From IMG/VR virus record IMGVR_UViG_3300013006_001224: DNA of 54,503 bases; one strand, 5' to 3'. A program made the position numbers and the translations under genes. The notes beneath the pieces are model-generated. The model made no database searches and was not told where the DNA came from. It was given only the letters and a program-made list of their open reading frames with translations. Positions 30,668 to 39,093 of the stretch are shown one piece after another; positions within the stretch are counted from its first letter, which is position 1, and each line of letters starts with the position of its first letter. Origin of the DNA: an uncultured virus (IMG/VR IMGVR_UViG_3300013006_001224) (lineage: Duplodnaviria; Heunggongvirae; Uroviricota; Caudoviricetes).

Positions 30668-30836
30668 GTTCTTTAAAGATTTGAAATGCTACATATGCCC
30701 AATCATGATCGGTATTTAATTTCTGTGTACTTAAATACTCTTTCAATCGTAATAAACGACTTTCAGAATCGGAGTCACGAAGAATTACATTGACTATATT
30801 CTGTTGTTTCTTTGTAAGTATCATCGTGACTCCCAT
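30648..30836 (-). CDS. Hypothetical protein
   Basis: 62 aa ORF, late motif at 30841. Confidence 0.5.
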   Translation of the reverse strand: MGVTMILTKKQQNIVNVILRDSDSESRLLRLKEYLSTQKLNTDHDWAYVAFQIFKEHGSTKH

Positions 30837-30857
30837 TTTGAATAAATATGATTTTGA

Positions 30858-31127
30858 TTAGAGTTTACCCATCAATCCGAAACGATATCGTTTCAAAATA
30901 ACTTCTCGGGCAGACTTACATGTTTGCTCAATATGCTCAAGTTCATCCATAGTGACACCATACTCATGGTTACCAATACAAAATTTACCTACTACAGGCA
31001 TACTTGGGTTATTTGCAAATACCTGTGCTGATACTCGATCATCTGAGTCAAAATCGATTGACCCGTAAAACTGTCCAAACTTTTTCACTTTCTTTTGATC
31101 CATTGCGAATCGACTGTTAACGCTCAT
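30858..31127 (-). CDS. Hypothetical protein
   Basis: 89 aa ORF. Confidence 0.55.
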   Translation of the reverse strand: MSVNSRFAMDQKKVKKFGQFYGSIDFDSDDRVSAQVFANNPSMPVVGKFCIGNHEYGVTMDELEHIEQTCKSAREVILKRYRFGLMGKL

Positions 31128-31138
31128 AAATTTAATTT

Positions 31139-31954
31139 TTAAGATTTATATATAACTAACGTAAATGCTGAATCGCCCATACTATGATCGACTAAACATG
31201 CATTATACTTCTTTTGGTACTTATTTAAAAGTTCACCCGGATTATAACGAATAATACCATCCTGGTGGTCATGGTGATCAGATGTCAATACTATTGCAAT
31301 TCCAATATTAGCATGTTCTAACATAATGTTTATAGTATCATCTAATATTTCCTCATTAGATTTTTTCATATCTAAATCATAACGCAATGTTAATGCCATT
31401 ATATTGATACACCAGTCTTTAACGATATCATGTGGAGCAGACCAATTCATTTCACGAATGTCAACGTTATCACCATACACTTGCTTACCTGCTTCAATTA
31501 ACGGATAATTAGAATCTATACCAACATAATCAATTGACTTTCCAGTTTCGCTTGCTACAAAGATTTTAAAATCTCCGCGGCCGCATCCGTAATCTAAAAC
31601 GCTAGACCCGCCGGTGTACATTAATATCGATCGGTATAACATTACTTGATATGCAGTGTCTGGATATCCTATAGCTTCAGGCGAATATAATAGGAATTCG
31701 TTAGTAGGAAGACTTTCTAAAATTGCATTACGTAATTCATCGGCATCAACCGTATCAATGTCTATTTCTGTCAATGTCTCAGCTACTATCGGCGTTGGAG
31801 TTTCACTATAGAATTCTTCTGTCGGGTCAATAACTTCTTCAAGGATTTCAGTATCTTCTTCTTTAATAGATACTTGGTTATTCGCCCATTCTACTTGTTC
31901 TTGCCACTCTTTACTGTTTTTATCTTTAAAGATATTTTTTAGTTTACTTAGCAT
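31139..31954 (-). CDS. Class I SAM-dependent methyltransferase with acidic N-terminal extension
   Basis: SVLDYGCGRGD, YVGID motifs. Confidence 0.8.
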   Translation of the reverse strand: MLSKLKNIFKDKNSKEWQEQVEWANNQVSIKEEDTEILEEVIDPTEEFYSETPTPIVAETLTEIDIDTVDADELRNAILESLPTNEFLLYSPEAIGYPDTAYQVMLYRSILMYTGGSSVLDYGCGRGDFKIFVASETGKSIDYVGIDSNYPLIEAGKQVYGDNVDIREMNWSAPHDIVKDWCINIMALTLRYDLDMKKSNEEILDDTINIMLEHANIGIAIVLTSDHHDHQDGIIRYNPGELLNKYQKKYNACLVDHSMGDSAFTLVIYKS

Positions 31955-32225
31955 AATTACTACGATTTTTACGGTTTAAAATTCTTTGTACACGAGCCTC
32001 GACGTCACGATTATCTACTCGCAATGGATGTGTTCTATTAAAGTTTTGAGTAGTTCTACATGCAATTGCAGCATACTCCCAAGCCTTCTCCGGATCATCT
32101 GTCACGGGCATCAGATACTCTTCTGATAACATCGTGTCCCCATTAACGATAAAACACTCATCCATTTCATACTCGAGTCGAGCATTAGGGTACTTCTTGA
32201 GTACTTGTTTTTGAAATTTTGTCAT
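31944..32225 (-). CDS. Hypothetical protein
   Basis: 93 aa; VLKKYPNA....AWEYAA. Confidence 0.55.
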   Translation of the reverse strand: MTKFQKQVLKKYPNARLEYEMDECFIVNGDTMLSEEYLMPVTDDPEKAWEYAAIACRTTQNFNRTHPLRVDNRDVEARVQRILNRKNRSNYAK

Positions 32226-32226
32226 A

Positions 32227-32652
32227 TTAATAAGATCTTGGACCTACCACTGGGAAGGTTAAATCATTATTTTTATCGAAATGCTTGATGTCTTCAAGTA
32301 TCATATCGGGACTAAAATTTGCAATTGTATGACCTATACTACGATCGACACGCATATTGTTACTTCCGCCATTTTGTTGCCATACGGCTGTTAATGCAGA
32401 ATCAATACACGGATTTGATTTTTCTTTATCTACCGGAACTAGAATGAATCCGGAGCCTTTTTCTGAACGAAGATCATATCCAACTCTTTTCCCTTTATGG
32501 GTTCTGATATTAGTGATCATTCCTATTTGATTTACACCTTCGAATCGAAATACTACATTCTCTCCTACGGCATATCTTTTCAATGGCCCATTTTCTTTGG
32601 CCAATCTTTGCTTCTCTGTTAAATGCGTAACTTTTACTTCAATGTTCTCCAT
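32227..32652 (-). CDS. Hypothetical protein, SH3/Tudor-like N-terminus
   Basis: YAVGENVVFRFEG...G.I...YDL. Confidence 0.5.
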   Translation of the reverse strand: MENIEVKVTHLTEKQRLAKENGPLKRYAVGENVVFRFEGVNQIGMITNIRTHKGKRVGYDLRSEKGSGFILVPVDKEKSNPCIDSALTAVWQQNGGSNNMRVDRSIGHTIANFSPDMILEDIKHFDKNNDLTFPVVGPRSY

Positions 32653-32654
32653 TC

Positions 32655-32864
32655 TTAAGAATTTTGTGATTCAATAACTTTACAAATTTTACTAGTTCCA
32701 ATTGACTTAACCTCGAACTCAATGCCCGACGATTTAAAGTCTTTGTTAATTAACTCTTCCGCATGCGTAACGGATACAGCGTCAATTAGATAGGTTTCAG
32801 ACACCCATTTCACTCCCTTAGGAGTATCGGTAGCAATTGCTACTCTTGATACATAATAACTCAT
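32655..32864 (-). CDS. DUF4494-like protein (Bacteroidota family)
   Basis: ETYLIDAVSVTHAEE...FEVKSI..SKI. Confidence 0.7.
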   Translation of the reverse strand: MSYYVSRVAIATDTPKGVKWVSETYLIDAVSVTHAEELINKDFKSSGIEFEVKSIGTSKICKVIESQNS

Positions 32865-32886
32865 AACTTATTTTTTTAATTAGATT

Positions 32887-32928
32887 TAAATATAATAACT
32901 ATTTTTCACTATTCCTAAGGAAAAGTTA
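32887..32928 (-). promoter_or_regulatory. Early-type promoter upstream of the DUF4494-like gene (variant)
   Basis: TAAATATAAT + 17 nt + CCTAAGGAAAAGTT. Confidence 0.6.
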
Positions 32929-32935
32929 AAAAAGT

Positions 32936-33331
32936 TTATTTTTGTTTTGGTATCGGAGTTGTTCGGCGACCTCCTTTGGTTCTCATCTCCTCTAACTCAT
33001 CAGCTACATCTAGTTCAGCTAAAATGAAACGAGTCAATACTCCCTTCTCTCCAATTAAAGATGCTAATGTCTTATATTGATTATATGGAACATCACTACC
33101 AGCAGCATCTTTTGCTGTCTTAGCCATTGTAGATAATCTAGCGGTAATTTCATTACGAAGTTGTGAACGTAATAAAACTCCATACCCTGTAATATGTACT
33201 TCAGGATCGACTGGATCGAAACTCTTTGGATCTGTTAATGAACCGTAACGTCCTGCGCCTTCGGCTAATACATCACGTACTTCTGATTCAATTAACTTAA
33301 ACAATTTATTTTTAAAATCTTTCCCTTCCAT
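32936..33331 (-). CDS. Hypothetical protein with 'LIESEV..VLAE' leader
   Basis: KNKLFKLIESEVRDVLAEG resembles the IIREEV..VLKE leader. Confidence 0.55.
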   Translation of the reverse strand: MEGKDFKNKLFKLIESEVRDVLAEGAGRYGSLTDPKSFDPVDPEVHITGYGVLLRSQLRNEITARLSTMAKTAKDAAGSDVPYNQYKTLASLIGEKGVLTRFILAELDVADELEEMRTKGGRRTTPIPKQK

Positions 33332-33354
33332 ATTTTTCCTTTAAAATTAATATA

Positions 33355-33380
33355 AGACCCATAACTTATGCTATGGGTCT
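33355..33380. terminator. Intergenic hairpin (terminator or processing stem)
   Basis: AGACCCATA-acttatgc-TATGGGTCT, a 9-bp perfect stem right after the Hc1 gene; U-tract is weak. Confidence 0.55.
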
Positions 33381-33392
33381 ATATTAGTATAT

Positions 33393-33578
33393 TTACGATC
33401 TTTTTGATTCAGTTACCGATTCTTTACGGTATTCAGTAACAAGCTTCTTAAGATCTCCAATTGATTTACGTGCTCTAGTAGCAGCTGATTTGTTTCCTTT
33501 TTCAGCAAACTTTGCATGGTTCTCTTCAAACTCAGTCCAAAGGTTTTTCAATTCTGTAAATAGTTCTTCTGTTGTCAT
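33393..33578 (-). CDS. Histone H1-like protein (Hc1 family, Bacteroidota-type)
   Basis: W..F..NH..F.EKGNKSAATRARKSI..LKKL...YRKES. Confidence 0.85.
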   Translation of the reverse strand: MTTEELFTELKNLWTEFEENHAKFAEKGNKSAATRARKSIGDLKKLVTEYRKESVTESKRS

Positions 33579-33599
33579 AACATTCCTTTATTTTGGTTA

Positions 33600-33821
33600 T
33601 TAATATTCATCGTCGTCTATAAGGAAATCTTCCTCATGGCGAATATGAAATTCTTTTTGAAATTCAATTTCTAACATATCTTCATCAGACATATCATCGG
33701 CTTGGAATATAAGATCTCCGTCTAAATATACCTCACCAATTAGTGTTTCATCATCAATGAAAAATTCCAATTCTTCACCGATAAAATTATCACCTGTCAT
33801 TATGTTCTCTAATGTAATCAT
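33600..33821 (-). CDS. Highly acidic small protein
   Basis: 73 aa dominated by D/E; late motif at 33826. Confidence 0.55.
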   Translation of the reverse strand: MITLENIMTGDNFIGEELEFFIDDETLIGEVYLDGDLIFQADDMSDEDMLEIEFQKEFHIRHEEDFLIDDDEY

Positions 33822-33840
33822 CTTATATAAATATCCTATG

Positions 33841-34008
33841 TTAGTCTTTCATTAGTTTATCAAAGGCATATTCCCATTGCTCTAACACATCTTTGTATTT
33901 GTGTTTTTCTTGCCATTTCATACGCTCTAATTGAGCCTGGAACTTATCCTCTAATTCATATTCTGCAACTACAGAATGGATATGATAAAAACGGTCTTCT
34001 CTGTTCAT
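33841..34008 (-). CDS. Small hypothetical protein (55 aa)
   Basis: Read manually: MNREDRFYHIHSVVAEYELEDKFQAQLERMKWQEKHKYKDVLEQWEYAFDKLMKD. Confidence 0.6.
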   Translation of the reverse strand: MNREDRFYHIHSVVAEYELEDKFQAQLERMKWQEKHKYKDVLEQWEYAFDKLMKD

Positions 34009-34034
34009 ATAATACCTCTTTAAAATATATATGA

Positions 34035-34355
34035 CTAAGCTTTGTTTATCATGGCTCTTTGAACAATTAGGTCTCTTTTCCTGGCAAAATCTTGGTAAGA
34101 ATGGGAGTCGTAGTTAGCCTCTAAAAGCCGTATATTTTGTATTTTGAAGCCCCTATAACCGAGGTTTAAACGCTCCTTTAAACTTTGTATACATCGGCTA
34201 CTCTTCGGGTTTTCGAAGTCGCAATGAAAGGCATATTCTATCCAATCTTCAGCATGTGAATTTACCAGAAAAACACGGTATTTATGGCAATATGGAAACA
34301 GGTCATTTCTTAATGTTTCCGCGGATAAATTGCTTTTGTTCTTTGATTTTGGCAT
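34035..34355 (-). CDS. Hypothetical protein
   Basis: 106 aa ORF, overlaps the upstream gene by ~50 nt. Confidence 0.45.
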   Translation of the reverse strand: MPKSKNKSNLSAETLRNDLFPYCHKYRVFLVNSHAEDWIEYAFHCDFENPKSSRCIQSLKERLNLGYRGFKIQNIRLLEANYDSHSYQDFARKRDLIVQRAMINKA

Positions 34356-34620
34356 CTAATTCTGATTTATTAATTTCTTCAGATTTCGTCGGTTTTTCCG
34401 GTGAAATTGGCGTAATTACACCTCCATCTATTCTTGCAACAATCCACCATGGCGCTTTCTTATGTGCATCTTTTTGCCATGCACAATTTGGTATTATAGT
34501 TCCATCGGTTTTACGGAGATCATAGTGTGAGTCAGGCCGTATTGCTATGACCTGACTCTCATATTTTGCACCAAGAAATTGTACTACAACACGATCGTTT
34601 ATCTTTAACTTCTTTGACAT
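34303..34620 (-). CDS. Hypothetical protein, Tudor/KOW-like
   Basis: LKINDRVVVQFLG..Y...V....YDL; promoter-like motif upstream. Confidence 0.55.
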   Translation of the reverse strand: MSKKLKINDRVVVQFLGAKYESQVIAIRPDSHYDLRKTDGTIIPNCAWQKDAHKKAPWWIVARIDGGVITPISPEKPTKSEEINKSELDAKIKEQKQFIRGNIKK

Positions 34621-34687
34621 ATACTTATTTTTAAGATACTTAATTTAAGTATAAAATTTCAAATAAACAAATCTTTTTTCAGAAAAG

Positions 34688-34828
34688 TTATCCTTGACCT
34701 ACATTTAGTTTTTTATAGTTCTTAGCACGTTTGTTCTTGCTTTGTTTTGTCTTTGCATGAACACCTGGACGACGTTTTTTCGGTGGTTTACGGTATATGC
34801 CCGTGTCTTTTACCTTTGCCTTTGCCAT
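34688..34828 (-). CDS. Small very basic protein (46 aa)
   Basis: Read manually: MAKAKVKDTGIYRKPPKKRRPGVHAKTKQSKNKRAKNYKKLNVGQG; AAGGA upstream. Confidence 0.7.
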   Translation of the reverse strand: MAKAKVKDTGIYRKPPKKRRPGVHAKTKQSKNKRAKNYKKLNVGQG

Positions 34829-34838
34829 TATAGTATCC

Positions 34839-35435
34839 TTACTTTATATCAGACGAGCTAATTAAAGTATAAGTAAAGTTGTTACCATGAATGTCTTTTG
34901 CTTTACGGCAAATTTTCATGAAAGCTTCAAAATCTGCAGACTTCTTGAATACTTGGCATCCTTCGCTCCAGTTCTCAACATATGTTGAATCTGCGCCAGC
35001 TTTATGAATGTTAATTCCAAATACACCTTCCTGTATTTTTTTCTCATCATACACTAAATCCTTGTTAGCATCGCGCCAAACCTTAACTGGCTTGTTCTGT
35101 CCTAATGCTTCATATTTTCCTTGGTGAAGACGGATAATATGCGAGCTGCGATACTGGCCTTCTACAAGACGAGCAACACCTGCTGCATTATGATATTCTT
35201 TAACTCCCTTCTTCCCTGGGTCGGTTGTAGCTGCCCAAGAATGGAATTTCCAAACACCGTTTTCTTTGTAAGAAATTGTCAATGCATCATCAAACACATT
35301 CGTAACAGTTTGACCAGTACTGGCATTTCTAATTCCTATGATATTGACATCATAGCCTTTGTTGCTAGCATCTTCAAACCAAACATATCCTTTGGCTTTA
35401 ACGGCTGCTTCAACTTGTTCTCTGGTAAAATTCAT
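34839..35435 (-). CDS. YkuD/L,D-transpeptidase-like peptidoglycan enzyme (candidate endolysin)
   Basis: GINIHKAG...WSEGCQVF matches the HxxxxS.GC catalytic signature; TTDPG motif. Confidence 0.65.
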   Translation of the reverse strand: MNFTREQVEAAVKAKGYVWFEDASNKGYDVNIIGIRNASTGQTVTNVFDDALTISYKENGVWKFHSWAATTDPGKKGVKEYHNAAGVARLVEGQYRSSHIIRLHQGKYEALGQNKPVKVWRDANKDLVYDEKKIQEGVFGINIHKAGADSTYVENWSEGCQVFKKSADFEAFMKICRKAKDIHGNNFTYTLISSSDIK

Positions 35436-35446
35436 AACACTCCTTT

Positions 35447-36598
35447 TTATTTATATTGTTTACCTGTCGTCGCATTTATCAGTGTCAAATTGACATTTTT
35501 ATCTTGTAAACGATTCTGAACAGCATCCAGGTTTGCTAGGCTGTCGTCCATGAATTTTATATTAGTGTAACCTCTGTTTATTTGTTTCTCAATCCAATCA
35601 GCCTTCTTCTCAGGATCACTGCTTCCAGTACCAACTACATAAGTATTAATGCCGTATGAATCACGTAAATGTTTCATGATAGGAAAGGCAATTCTACGCG
35701 CTGTTAGTATTGTTGTCTTAATAGACGGATTGGCTAATGACTTTTTAATTTGTTGAATATTCCTCATTATAGGAAGTGACTTCTTAATGATTTTATCGAA
35801 GTTAGAAAAGTCATATTTTTCGCCTGGCTTTAACTTATGTGTAGCAAATGCATGGCTATCTAATTCATATGTACTTCCATCCGGACGTTGAACGACTACA
35901 GACGATTGTGTCTTAACTAGTGTATCATCGAAATCATACACATGTAATGTTTTACCCTGCACTTCATTAAGTCCTTTTACCTTCTGGTATCCAGATCCGT
36001 ACGGAGATGATTTACCGGTATCAGTATATGTATCCGGGTCTAGATTTTCACGTTTCTTCTTGTTACCCCAGTTTGCAGCGCCTACCTTACGACATGCACT
36101 CAAAGCCAGAGAGCCGTACGCTGATGGCCATACATCATATCTAGCTTTTACTTTATGATAACAAGCATCCTTTTCACCCTTAGCTTCAGTTTTAACATTG
36201 ATAGCCTTTTTACCTGGCTTACCTTTACCGGAATACTTATCACGTTTTCTACGAACTGCGGATTCTTTTTCTTTATCGGACATTGCAGATGCCTTTGATG
36301 CTGGTACACATTTTGGATACGCACGTTTACCGCCCGATCTAGAACCTGAATCTGCAGATGCACCGCATGCGGGATGACCGCCACCTGGTTTAGTACGTGA
36401 TATATCTACCCAACGTTGCTTAACCCATTTACGTAAATCTTCTTGTAATGGATCTGTTAATATACCTTCATGCATACGTAGAGCCGTTAAGTATTTTTTT
36501 AACGCAGTTTCATTGCCATCAGTGCAGCCGACTTTCTTTCCACTGTCCTTCTTATACACGCAATACTTATTATCTACTTTTCTATAGGTATATGGCAT
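35447..36598 (-). CDS. Modular (polyprotein-like) protein with C-terminal HAD-family domain
   Basis: Successive short modules (MPY..CV.KK..GC..AL..HE; DLRKW..QRWVDI..YPKCVP; DACYHKVKARY.VWPSAY), then HAD motifs VYDFDDTL, ILTAR, K, FMDD. Confidence 0.75.
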   Translation of the reverse strand: MPYTYRKVDNKYCVYKKDSGKKVGCTDGNETALKKYLTALRMHEGILTDPLQEDLRKWVKQRWVDISRTKPGGGHPACGASADSGSRSGGKRAYPKCVPASKASAMSDKEKESAVRRKRDKYSGKGKPGKKAINVKTEAKGEKDACYHKVKARYDVWPSAYGSLALSACRKVGAANWGNKKKRENLDPDTYTDTGKSSPYGSGYQKVKGLNEVQGKTLHVYDFDDTLVKTQSSVVVQRPDGSTYELDSHAFATHKLKPGEKYDFSNFDKIIKKSLPIMRNIQQIKKSLANPSIKTTILTARRIAFPIMKHLRDSYGINTYVVGTGSSDPEKKADWIEKQINRGYTNIKFMDDSLANLDAVQNRLQDKNVNLTLINATTGKQYK

Positions 36599-36600
36599 AA

Positions 36601-37362
36601 TTAAAATTTTATTTTATCAAATATGTTTTTACGGTTAAGTACGAACGTATCCAGCTTCGTTTCAACCTTCATATCAATTGGCAGTTTCGCTAAATTCTTT
36701 TTTATAAATGCTTGATATAATCTACCACGGCGACTATCAAGGCTAGAAGTAGGGGTATCTGAGTTTACATTAGTATCAGATTTAGGTGCTATATATATTG
36801 TCTGAACTACACACGTGTATTCATCATCATTAATTGATATAACTAGTCCTTCTACACGATCTATATAATCTTTTATACATTCTATAACTGTAGACATTAC
36901 ACGATATTGTTCATTGAGATTAGTTTCCGGTTCTTCATGTGCAACATCTGTTGATATTGTAAATGATACATTAGTTCTTACTAATAGTACACCAGCTTCC
37001 GATTTACTTTTAGGCATATATGTATGGTCATGACCAGCGTTATCTAGTTGTGTTGCAAGATTAATAATATAAAAGGCTTTTGGATTAACTTCTGATTGTG
37101 CTATATACTCAACCTTAATCCAACCAGTTTCTTTAATATTATGACGTCCCATTATATTTTGTGCGGAAAGTTTAATCTTTCTAACAGGGTCGGAAGCAGA
37201 TCTCCACTTCAACGGCTTAGCAGTGCTTTCACCTACTTCGTTAATAGCTTCTTCGTCAATAGGAACACAGTTAGGTACTTGTCTATCGCCTTTCTTTTTC
37301 ATACCGACCTGCTTATAGCCTTTCCAGCATTCTTCAGTCAATATGTTTTTAAGCTTAAGCAT
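36601..37362 (-). CDS. Leader-bearing putative internal head protein
   Basis: MLKLKNILTE leader; CWKGYKQVGMKKKGDRQVPNCVP module; C-terminal YRVMSTV...RRGRLY domain. Confidence 0.65.
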   Translation of the reverse strand: MLKLKNILTEECWKGYKQVGMKKKGDRQVPNCVPIDEEAINEVGESTAKPLKWRSASDPVRKIKLSAQNIMGRHNIKETGWIKVEYIAQSEVNPKAFYIINLATQLDNAGHDHTYMPKSKSEAGVLLVRTNVSFTISTDVAHEEPETNLNEQYRVMSTVIECIKDYIDRVEGLVISINDDEYTCVVQTIYIAPKSDTNVNSDTPTSSLDSRRGRLYQAFIKKNLAKLPIDMKVETKLDTFVLNRKNIFDKIKF

Positions 37363-37409
37363 TTGGTTCCATCTTTACATCTGTTTTAGTGAGAGCCGAT
37401 TAAGTTTTA

Positions 37410-38486
37410 TCATTGTATTAACTCGTATTTAATACCGTCACCTTTTGGTTCTGCAAATACAGTTGCATTTTCAAACAACATGAGCATTTTTTTAGCTTTT
37501 TTTAAATCTGTTTTTTCATAAGCATCAATACTCATATTTCTATCCTTGAATATGTCAATCAATTCATCAAAGCTAACAGTATCAAGAATATCTAGAAAAG
37601 TTGATCGTTCAGTTTGATTTATTTCAATTCCAGCATCCGTATACTCATCTATCGGGGCATCAAGCTTATGACTGACTGATACAATACCCAATGTACCGGT
37701 ACGTGCACTTAATCCTGCTGTAAGCTTAGCTATTTGTTTTATACCCGCGGGTATATTGCCACTGAATGCAACAAACGATCCTAGCGTACCACCTATGAAA
37801 TTTTTGTCATTTACATCTTCACCATTTAATGGGATAACTACTGTTTGCGCTTCGCTTTGCGTGCTGCCACCATAAAATCCTATCGTGCCACCAAAGAATG
37901 AAGCAACTTTAGGTATATGTTTCGACCACATAGCTTGACTACCTTGATATAGTATAGTGTCACTTTCTAACACGCCGTATTTATATAAAAGAGTATCATA
38001 TAAAAACGCACCAAAGCCGGCGCCTTTATATTCTTTGGCTATATTACTCCAATGAACTACTTGACCTTCCACGCCATATATGCGTTGCATACTATACTCA
38101 CCTGTACTAGGAGTTGTTTCAATACGGCCTACATATACTGTTTCTGCAGGTCGTGATAAATCAAATAGGTTATGCCAGAATCTATCATCAACTTTATTGC
38201 GTATAATATAATAGCTACCTTGACTGTCAAATGCATTGTCCTTGATAAAACCTCGCAGTCTACCATCTAACGGGTTATTTTTAACCTCTGGTTTTGCTAA
38301 CCAATATTCAGACCGGTTCCAAAACATCGATGTTGAATCTTTACCGTATAAGCGTTTAACTAAAGAATCAAATTTAGGATTCTCTGCTACAAAGTCATCC
38401 ATTAGTTCAGCTGATGTGCTGTCATTTCCAGCGTCTCCTGACATTAGACTAATTTCCTTAACGATATCTTTAAGCTTCATTGACAT
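37410..38486 (-). CDS. Leader-bearing protein with GNAT-like acetyltransferase motif
   Basis: MKLKDIVKE leader; IAKEYKGAGFGAFLY (GNAT motif A), LESDTIL..GSQAMW. Confidence 0.6.
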   Translation of the reverse strand: MSMKLKDIVKEISLMSGDAGNDSTSAELMDDFVAENPKFDSLVKRLYGKDSTSMFWNRSEYWLAKPEVKNNPLDGRLRGFIKDNAFDSQGSYYIIRNKVDDRFWHNLFDLSRPAETVYVGRIETTPSTGEYSMQRIYGVEGQVVHWSNIAKEYKGAGFGAFLYDTLLYKYGVLESDTILYQGSQAMWSKHIPKVASFFGGTIGFYGGSTQSEAQTVVIPLNGEDVNDKNFIGGTLGSFVAFSGNIPAGIKQIAKLTAGLSARTGTLGIVSVSHKLDAPIDEYTDAGIEINQTERSTFLDILDTVSFDELIDIFKDRNMSIDAYEKTDLKKAKKMLMLFENATVFAEPKGDGIKYELIQ

Positions 38487-38487
38487 A

Positions 38488-38727
38488 TTACTTTTTTCTA
38501 CCTAATGTAAACCCACCTGCAAATTTATCTAAACTAGTAGCACCTAATGCAACAATTACAATCATCTCAACTGATGATATTAAATTTTCATCAGGCTTAA
38601 TAGAGCAACGGCACGCTGTAGCTACCATAGTACCACATAGAAACAACATTCCAATCATAGCAATAATACGCTTGGTAGATTGTTGTCCTTCTTTATCTGC
38701 AAACAATTGTTTAAAAAAATCTTTCAT
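38488..38727 (-). CDS. Holin-like two-TM protein
   Basis: 79 aa; S(T/S)KR followed by two hydrophobic helices and a basic C-terminus. Confidence 0.55.
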   Translation of the reverse strand: MKDFFKQLFADKEGQQSTKRIIAMIGMLFLCGTMVATACRCSIKPDENLISSVEMIVIVALGATSLDKFAGGFTLGRKK

Positions 38728-38758
38728 ACATATCCTTTAGAATAAATATCTAGCTAGT

Positions 38759-38782
38759 AAAAAAGCCACCCGGTTGGATGGC
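38759..38782 (-). terminator. Rho-independent terminator
   Basis: Minus strand GCCATCC-aacc-GGGTGGC-TTTTTT, ending the 40646-38832 cassette array. Confidence 0.8.
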
Positions 38783-38831
38783 CTTAATATATAGTCTGGG
38801 TGGCGTGTGTTTTTATAAGCGATTCAATTGT

Positions 38832-39083
38832 TTAATCAGCAGCATATTCATCATTTGCTTCTTGTTTCGCAGCATCAATAATATCAATAATGCAATATGC
38901 TAATCTATCCGCGGATTTATTGTCTAAGTTTACACCTATCGACTGTAACTCCTTTTCTAATGCGGCTACGGCAGCTTTAACTTCTCCTTCTAGTCTAGGA
39001 GTAATGGCATTTAAAATAGCTCCTTCATGAAGGGCTTTACTAACCTCTTCACGGATAATTTGTTTTAGTTGTTTTGAATTCAT
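38832..39083 (-). CDS. Leader-bearing small protein (MNSKQLKQIIREEV type); start revised to 39083
   Basis: ATG at 39083 preceded by AAGGA; leader homologous to those at 39690 and 40646. Confidence 0.7.
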   Translation of the reverse strand: MNSKQLKQIIREEVSKALHEGAILNAITPRLEGEVKAAVAALEKELQSIGVNLDNKSADRLAYCIIDIIDAAKQEANDEYAAD

Positions 39084-39093
39084 TTTATTGTCC

